DNA of 64,000 nt. It comes from Eledone cirrhosa. Taxonomy: Eukaryota. Shown piece after piece: positions 57,208 to 64,000 of this stretch (positions are counted from its first letter, which is position 1; each line of letters opens with the position of its first letter). The notes under the pieces were generated by a model. That model was not told the DNA's origin. It did not search any database and was given only the letters and a program-made list of their open reading frames with translations. The position numbers and the translations under genes are program-made. Where the stretch lies: the NCBI GenBank assembly GCA_964016885.1, contig OZ024745.1, positions 74,152,001 through 74,216,000 on the forward strand. The letters are read 5' to 3'.

Positions 57208-57392
57208 GTCGGTGGATTGGCAGTATCGGTAGAGGGTCGGACGCCATGCTTTCCAGCATAGTTACGTCCCTTTACGATCTGAGTTCAAATCCCGCCGAGG
57301 TTGACTTTGCCTTTCATCCTTACGGGGTCGATAAAATAAAGTACCAGTAATGCACTGGGTAATTGCTGGCCTTGTGCCTAAAGTAGAAACAG
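57208..57392 (+). mobile_element. Nin-like SINE, full length
   Basis: Consensus match; 16-bp TSD agttatttagaagata. Confidence 0.85.
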
Positions 57393-57819
57393 TTATTTAG
57401 AAGATATTCAATAAATTACAATTTTTATTCCAAATCCTCACAAAATTGGGAAAGTTGTTTTTCCATTCTTTTTAATTCTTAAATGTCAGTAAAATTAACT
57501 ATAAATGTTTTATCTCGAAATTATATGCTGAAAACATATACGCCTTTTAAGCCGAAATTTTCTATGTGTCTAATATACCAACTACTGGGGTATTTCAAAA
57601 CAATAAGCTAGCTGTACTCCTATCAGGCTTAACCTAAATAACGTGACAGCTTGTATTTTCAGTAGTTTATATATTTGATGGTTTACAGTTGTTTCTTAAA
57701 TACTTCGGAAAAAGTGCATTACAACGAAAACATATGCAGCTGTATTTGTGATCTTCTTCTTCTTCTTCTTCTTCTTCTTCTTCTTCTTCTTCTTCTTCTT
57801 CTTCTTCTTCTTCTTCTTC

Positions 57820-58030
57820 TCAACGACATATTGAGAAGCCTGGACGCAGCTGGCTTTCCATCTCAACTGGAGCCAGCAGGCCTAGACCGCGGAGGTGGCA
57901 AGCGCACCGTACGCCTCCAGCTTAGTCTTTCGGCCATAAAACCCAATCACCCTCCCCTTCGCCCCTCCCCTCTCTTCTGTGCCACCAGAGCTCTTGCAAT
58001 CCCCACCACTTCGCGTTCTTATTCTTCTTT
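57820..58030 (+). mobile_element. CRE-like fragment
   Basis: LNDILRSLDAAGFPSQLEPAGLDRGGGKR. Confidence 0.65.
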
Positions 58031-58822
58031 CTTTCTTTCTTTCTTTTTATTTTCTATATTTCTCTATTCTTTCTTTCCTTTTGTTTCCCCTTTTTTATTA
58101 TTATTTCTATATTGAATATAAACGCTCAGTTATAGTGTAATTCACATTTGTCAGTAGAAATATTTTATAAGTACTTTAAAGATAACAAATGCAAACATCC
58201 TGTCCTTTTATCATTACCCTTTGTTCTAGTTTTTTACTCTGTTTTCCGTAAAATATATAAGTATAAAATGCAATATATAAGTATAAAAGTCATTTGCAAA
58301 ACATGAGTATGAATAATTGAATTATATGAAAGAAAGAGTGGGAACCACACATGTACGTAGGGGCGGGAATGTAGTTAGATAACACGCATACACATGCCCA
58401 CACACATACACATGCCCACACACATACACATATGCGCATCCATAATTATGTGTCAATGTACGTGCATGCAAGTATGTATCTGTATATATATAAATATGAA
58501 TTATTTATATAAACCCCATTCACTTCTACCCCACTGTGATATATCGTATACAAATCTACTTAGAAATAGGGCGGATCTCTCGGTTCTCAGATTAAATATC
58601 CTGTCTATATTTACATAACTATATAAAGATGAATGTGCTTAAGATTTCAAATTGTCCTCCACATACAGAAAAATATATCCCTTTATATATATATATATGT
58701 TTGTGAGTGTGCGTGTGCGTATGTGTCTGTCGCTGTATCGCGCGTTTTGTGTGTGTGAGTGTGAATATGTGTGTGCGTGCGTGTGTGTCCATGTCTGTGT
58801 AAATATCGCGCGTTTTTGTGAA

Positions 58823-58853
<31 letters not shown>

Positions 58854-58993
58854 GCGTGTGTTTGTGCCTGTGTCTGTAAGTATCGCGCGTGTTTCTGCAT
58901 CTGTATGTGTGCGTATGTCTGTGCGTGGGTATGTATGTGTGTGTGTCTGTATTTGTGCCTATGCCTGTAAGTAACGCACGTGTTGGTGCCTCT

Positions 58994-59024
<31 letters not shown>

Positions 59025-59326
59025 CGTGTGTGTGTGTATTATATTTGTGTGTTATGCAGCAGTATTACAATGTATGTGTACACACACACATTGTAATCTT
59101 TTTCAAATGAACTTGTTCTAATGTTTTTTTCTTTATTAATATTGTTCTTATTGTTGTTGATATTATTCAAGTCATGCTGTATTTACTTTGACTTTCCTGC
59201 TTCCGGTGGAAATACTAAACAAATACTGAAATCAATTTAACCGACAACAATCCAACCTTCTCCACAAAATATGTGAACTTATAACAATTTTAAGAATTCT
59301 TATTCCTCTTAAATTTTATTCCTAAA

Positions 59327-59693
59327 TACTGTGCAGTAGGTAATTTCAGGTCCCGAGTAATAGCGGGCCGAGGGTGGAATAATCGGGAGGGCGGTGGAAA
59401 TTCGGTCATTTTTCTAGGTTGTCTCGCTTGATTTAAAAAAAAAACAGAATTATGTTATGATTCCAGCTCATCCTATTTATTTTGTAACGTATAAGGTTTC
59501 TTGTAATACACTTTTTGGTCATGTATAATGTTTTTGATGTAAAAAGAAAATTAATAGTCGCAGGAGTGGTACCACTTAAAATAAATTTTCGCCGGAGATA
59601 GATTAGAAAACTTTAATAAGCAGGAGGGGGTTTGAAAAAATCTAAAAAATTAATAAGCAGGCGAGGAGGACAATTATTCGAGACTGCAGAGTA
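59327..59693. mobile_element. Possible Tc1/pogo-type MITE remnant
   Basis: tactgtgcagt...actgcagagta ends; internal aataagcaggagg repeats. Confidence 0.4.
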
Positions 59694-61400
59694 TTATGCA
59701 AAGAAAATGAAATAGTCGTAATATTTATCCCTATATACTTATGTTTAACTCTGACAAAATTATATACACGTGTTTGCCTGCATCTTTAATCAAAATATTC
59801 TGTGAAAGGATTACATATACCGAGAGTTTTAATGATAGTAAGAACAAAAGAGACATTGTTCGTTGTTTTTTTTTTTCTTCTTTAATCTCGTATACTGTTG
59901 CTTATTATGGGGTATCTGAAACTGTGTTGGATTAGCTAATGGCATGGAAGAAAGTGTGACGCCCAACAGATTTGAGTCACCTTTTATGAAAGTGGATTTC
60001 GCTGTAAGTTATTGTTACAATGCGCAATCTAGATAAGCCTCGTTATTTTCCTATTTTGTAAGAAATCCTACATTTTATCTTTTGAATATTCTAGAAACTC
60101 ATTGTCAATGTTTCAGATATTAAATTGTTGGAAATGAACTAATTAGATAAACAAATACATTCCCAGAATTCTTGCGGTGTGTTATTGTTCATTAATATGT
60201 ATCAGACATTCGTTAATTGAAAGTTGATTTTGACGATTTTGGAAAAGCCTTGTTGTAATTGTGATATCAAGAGCCACTTGATTTTTAATCCAACTCAGAA
60301 AAAAGATCCTGGACACAGCCGTTCCAACAGCACCACAACTCGGAGGTCCACAAATAGCAGACATTATCAAACGGTCTTCTCAACAGTACTACTGAGGCTG
60401 GAGAAGAATGTCAGGCCATCGTGGCAGAAAAAAAAAAAAAAAAAAAATGAAAATAAAAAGAACGCAACCAAAAGGCTTTTATGAGTTTGGAAGAAGACTA
60501 TGACCTTGGTGGTAGAATTTAGTATCATCCTGAAAAACGTTCGAGGTGGAGCCTGTTGTCACAGGATCGCTTTGCTTCACATTTAACACAGAAAATATCC
60601 ACAAACTGTGAAACTTAATATGTAAGTCAGAGGATATCCCACTAATAAATGTTATGTTTATGGGGTATGAGGTTTTGGTTAAAACTATGCTTGAATTCTA
60701 TAAACAATTAATGGACGATCTCCTAGAGCAAAGATTCTCAACGGGCGGTGCTGGAAGCCCCTTTAGTTTGGTAAGTTTTATAAGTCATATTTGTACGTCT
60801 CTTAAACAGCCAGTGTGAATGCATTTGAATGAAGAAAACGAAGAAAATAAATAATAGAAGTTTGTCAACGAATTCCCTAGGGAGATAAAAGAAAAACAAA
60901 AGAAATCAAAGAAAAAGAGAATAAGGACAACGTCAACTCTTACAACAGTTACAAGAACAACTTCAACAGAAATGACAACAAAAAGAAGCAATGGTGGTGA
61001 AAGGTGTGGGTGTATACATATACATACATACGAACATACACACACATGCATGCATACGTACATATATACATACATACATACACACACATATATACACACA
61101 CAAGCCGGCGTTAGTGTCTGATGAGGTTGAGAACCTGGTCAGCTTTCAGCAAGAACTGTGGTATTTAATCTCCCTAGGTAATAAAATCTGGAGACAAAAA
61201 TGTTCTCCTTACCAAAAAAAACAACATAAATCATGTCAACATCCTTACACAATTAAATATAAATGCATGTATATATACAAATGTATAAATGCATAGCTAT
61301 ATACATACGTAAATGTATGTATATATGTATGTATGTATTTATATATTTATATATATATATATATAAATCTATATACATACTTACATATATATATATATAT

Positions 61401-62233
61401 AAATATAAATTAGCAATAATCGTATTTCAGCTCAGGAATTAACGAAAATCAACGTCCGATATGTGTGGCAAGCGCTCGATGATTCATGTGAATCAGAGCT
61501 ACAACATACGTTAAGGGCCAAACACACTGAGATGATGGTTAAACATACCATCCGCACAGCCAAAACAAACGACCAAGTAATTCGGGTCAAACAATAAAAA
61601 TATATGTGTTGATACTTTCCCGGACCCTGGACTGATGGTAAAATCCAGTATTGGTTTCTGCGACTTCAAAATCATGTACTGTCCGCCTACATAAAGAATG
61701 TTGGGCTTCTGGTAAGATGACTGAACAAGGAAGCCGTGTTATCAACGGGTTTTGCTCCAAAATGCTATAGATAAGTGTGGATAATACTGACCCCACGTGG
61801 GGTTCAGCAAGGGAGGCAACACCTATATTAGGCGAATGATTCAGTTGTGTATAATATTGCGAGAATGCAAAATATCACAAATCGAATAAAGCTCTCGACA
61901 GAATGGTTAAATATAACAGAGCTATTCAACAGTCAATAGAAGCAACTAAAAAAAATCAATAAAATTAACTGTTCAATAGCTAGACTCTGGAGATTAATAC
62001 AAATATAAATTAGCGAGAATCGTATTTCAGCTCAGGAATTAACGAAAATCAACGTCCGATATGTGTGGCAAGCGCTCGATGATTCATGTGAATCAGAGCT
62101 ACAACATACGTTAAGGGCCAAACACACTGAGATGATGGTTAAACATACCATCCGCACAGCCAAAACAAACGACCAAGTAATTCGGGTCAAACAATAAAAA
62201 TATATGTGTTGATACTTTCCCGGACCCTGGACT
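61401..62233. repeat. Partial tandem duplication: 233-bp direct repeat at 600-bp period
   Basis: 61401-61633 nearly identical to 62001-62233; microsatellite flanks. Confidence 0.9.
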
Positions 62234-62432
62234 ACATACATACTTATATATATATATATATATATAAATAAATATAAATCTACATACATACATAAGCAAA
62301 AGGGATATTTAATTTGTTGGTAATTCAACAAATATAGATGTTTGTAACTGATTCAAAGCTCTCGACAAGTTTTCTGGAGTATAATATCAATGATATTAAA
62401 TAAATGGAAACTATATTTATAAAACCATATTT

Positions 62433-62493
62433 ATTTTTATTATATATATTTCAAGGGTACCAAAACTTTGGTACGCTCTCATCAGATAAAATA
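62433..62493 (-). ncRNA. Type-I hammerhead ribozyme (minus arm)
   Basis: Inverse of 62626-62686, core CTGATGA intact. Confidence 0.8.
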
Positions 62494-62625
62494 CAAAGTT
62501 TGTTTTATAAATATTGACATATCCAGGAAGAAGATCTTAACGGTTCAAGTTTTTCCTGGATAGTCTTAACATGAACCGTTAAGATCTTCTTTCTGGATAT
62601 GTCAATATTTATAAAACAAACTTTG

Positions 62626-62686
62626 TATTTTATCTGATGAGAGCGTACCAAAGTTTTGGTACCCTTGAAATATATATAATAGAATA
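62626..62686 (+). ncRNA. Type-I hammerhead ribozyme (TATTTTAT family)
   Basis: tattttat CTGATGA gagcgtaccaaa-gt-tttggtaccctt GAAA tatata TA atagaata. Confidence 0.85.
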
Positions 62687-62721
62687 AATATGGTTTTATA
62701 AATATAGTTTCCATTTATTTA

Positions 62722-62822
<101 letters not shown>

Positions 62823-62861
62823 GATTTATATATATATATATGTATATATGTATGTATGTAG

Positions 62862-62899
<38 letters not shown>

Positions 62900-63021
62900 C
62901 TACATACATACATATATACATACATACATTTACGTATGTATATAGCTATGCATTTATACATGCATTTATATTTAAGTGTGTAAGGATATATATATATGTG
63001 TGTGTATATTATATATATTAT

Positions 63022-63092
<71 letters not shown>

Positions 63093-63097
<5 letters not shown>

Positions 63098-63300
63098 AGT
63101 GTAACAAGAAGCTTACTTCCCGACCACATATTTCCGGGTTCAGTCCCACTGCCCGGGCCGACCAAAGCCCTGTGAGTGGATTTGATAGACCGAAACTAAA
63201 AGAAGCGCGTCGTATATATGTATAAATGTCTGTGTGTCTTTGTGTTTGTGTTTGCCCTCCCACCAATGCTTCTTGGTTTTTGACGTCCCCATAACTTACC
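63093..63300 (+). mobile_element. SINE of a further family, internally deleted
   Basis: ccgggttcagtcccactg...ggccgaccaaagccctgtgagtggatttg...gaaactaaaagaagc; recalled from octopus SINEs, not searched. Confidence 0.55.
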
Positions 63301-63375
63301 AAGGTGATGCTCCAGCATGGGCGTAGTCCAGAGACAAAAAAAAGTAAAGTATATATGTGTGTGTGTGTGTGTAGA

Positions 63376-63781
63376 AGAGGGGTCTCAAACTCAAGGACAC
63401 AAAAGGGCCATTACGTCCTGGGGGAGAGGCACAATGGGCCAAACGTGGTGGTGGGTGAAGATTTTCACCAGTTATAATCATTTCTACTATAGGCACAAGG
63501 CATGAAATTTGTGGTTTAGGGTTCAGTCGATTACATCGAATCCAGTTCACAACTGGTACTTAATTCATTGACCCCAAAAAGATGAAAGGCAAAGTTGAGA
63601 TCGGCGAAATTTGAACTTAGAACGTAAAAACGGAAGAAGTACTGCTAAGCATTTCGCCAGATGTGCTAACGATTTCACCATCTCACCGCCTTATTTTCAC
63701 CAGTATTAATGCAATATGAAATATTGGTTCTACCACGGGCCACATAAAAGTAGTTCGCGGGCCGCATGTTTGAGCCCTCTG
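63376..63781. mobile_element. hAT-type MITE remnant interrupted by a minus-strand SINE (63475-63690)
   Basis: Ends agaggggtctcaaac and gtttgagccctctg with gcgggccgca subterminal motif. Confidence 0.55.
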
Positions 63782-63799
63782 TTGGAGATAGATAGATAC

Positions 63800-63868
<69 letters not shown>

Positions 63869-64000
63869 CGTGTACCAAACACACACACTCACATTTCTTA
63901 CTCTCTCTATCCCTCCCTCTTTCTCTCTTCATTTATATATATATATATATATATACAATAGTACAGCATATTCGAAGTTCGATCAGCAGCCAAGCCAACG

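Noticed and set aside
61115-61145. CTGATGAG-gttgagaacc hammerhead candidate
   Set aside because: No GAAA or stem III downstream

Overview
AT-rich eukaryotic, repeat-dominated DNA with no recognisable host exon. The SINE families and the (TA)n/(CA)n/(GA)n load suggest an octopus or other cephalopod (inference). Coding signal comes only from transposon remains: two 5'-truncated Penelope-like elements (PLEs; RT, Cys-rich linker, GIY-YIG), a disrupted Helitron Rep region, and mariner, RTE, CR1/Jockey-like, CRE-like and L1/Tx1-like fragments, plus about 20 SINE copies. The main hidden signal is non-coding: at least 10 minimal type-I hammerhead ribozyme (HHR) motifs with an intact CUGANGA...GAAA...NUH core and about 7 variant or partial ones, from several unrelated sequence families. 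Most sit in short ORF-less cassettes beside (TA)n tracts, and several cassettes are fold-backs carrying a hammerhead on each strand. One family shows stem-II covariation, one has a compensatory U3-A8 core, and one 756-bp terminally redundant element has a permuted, type-II-like core. All structures were folded by eye; no cleavage activity is demonstrated.
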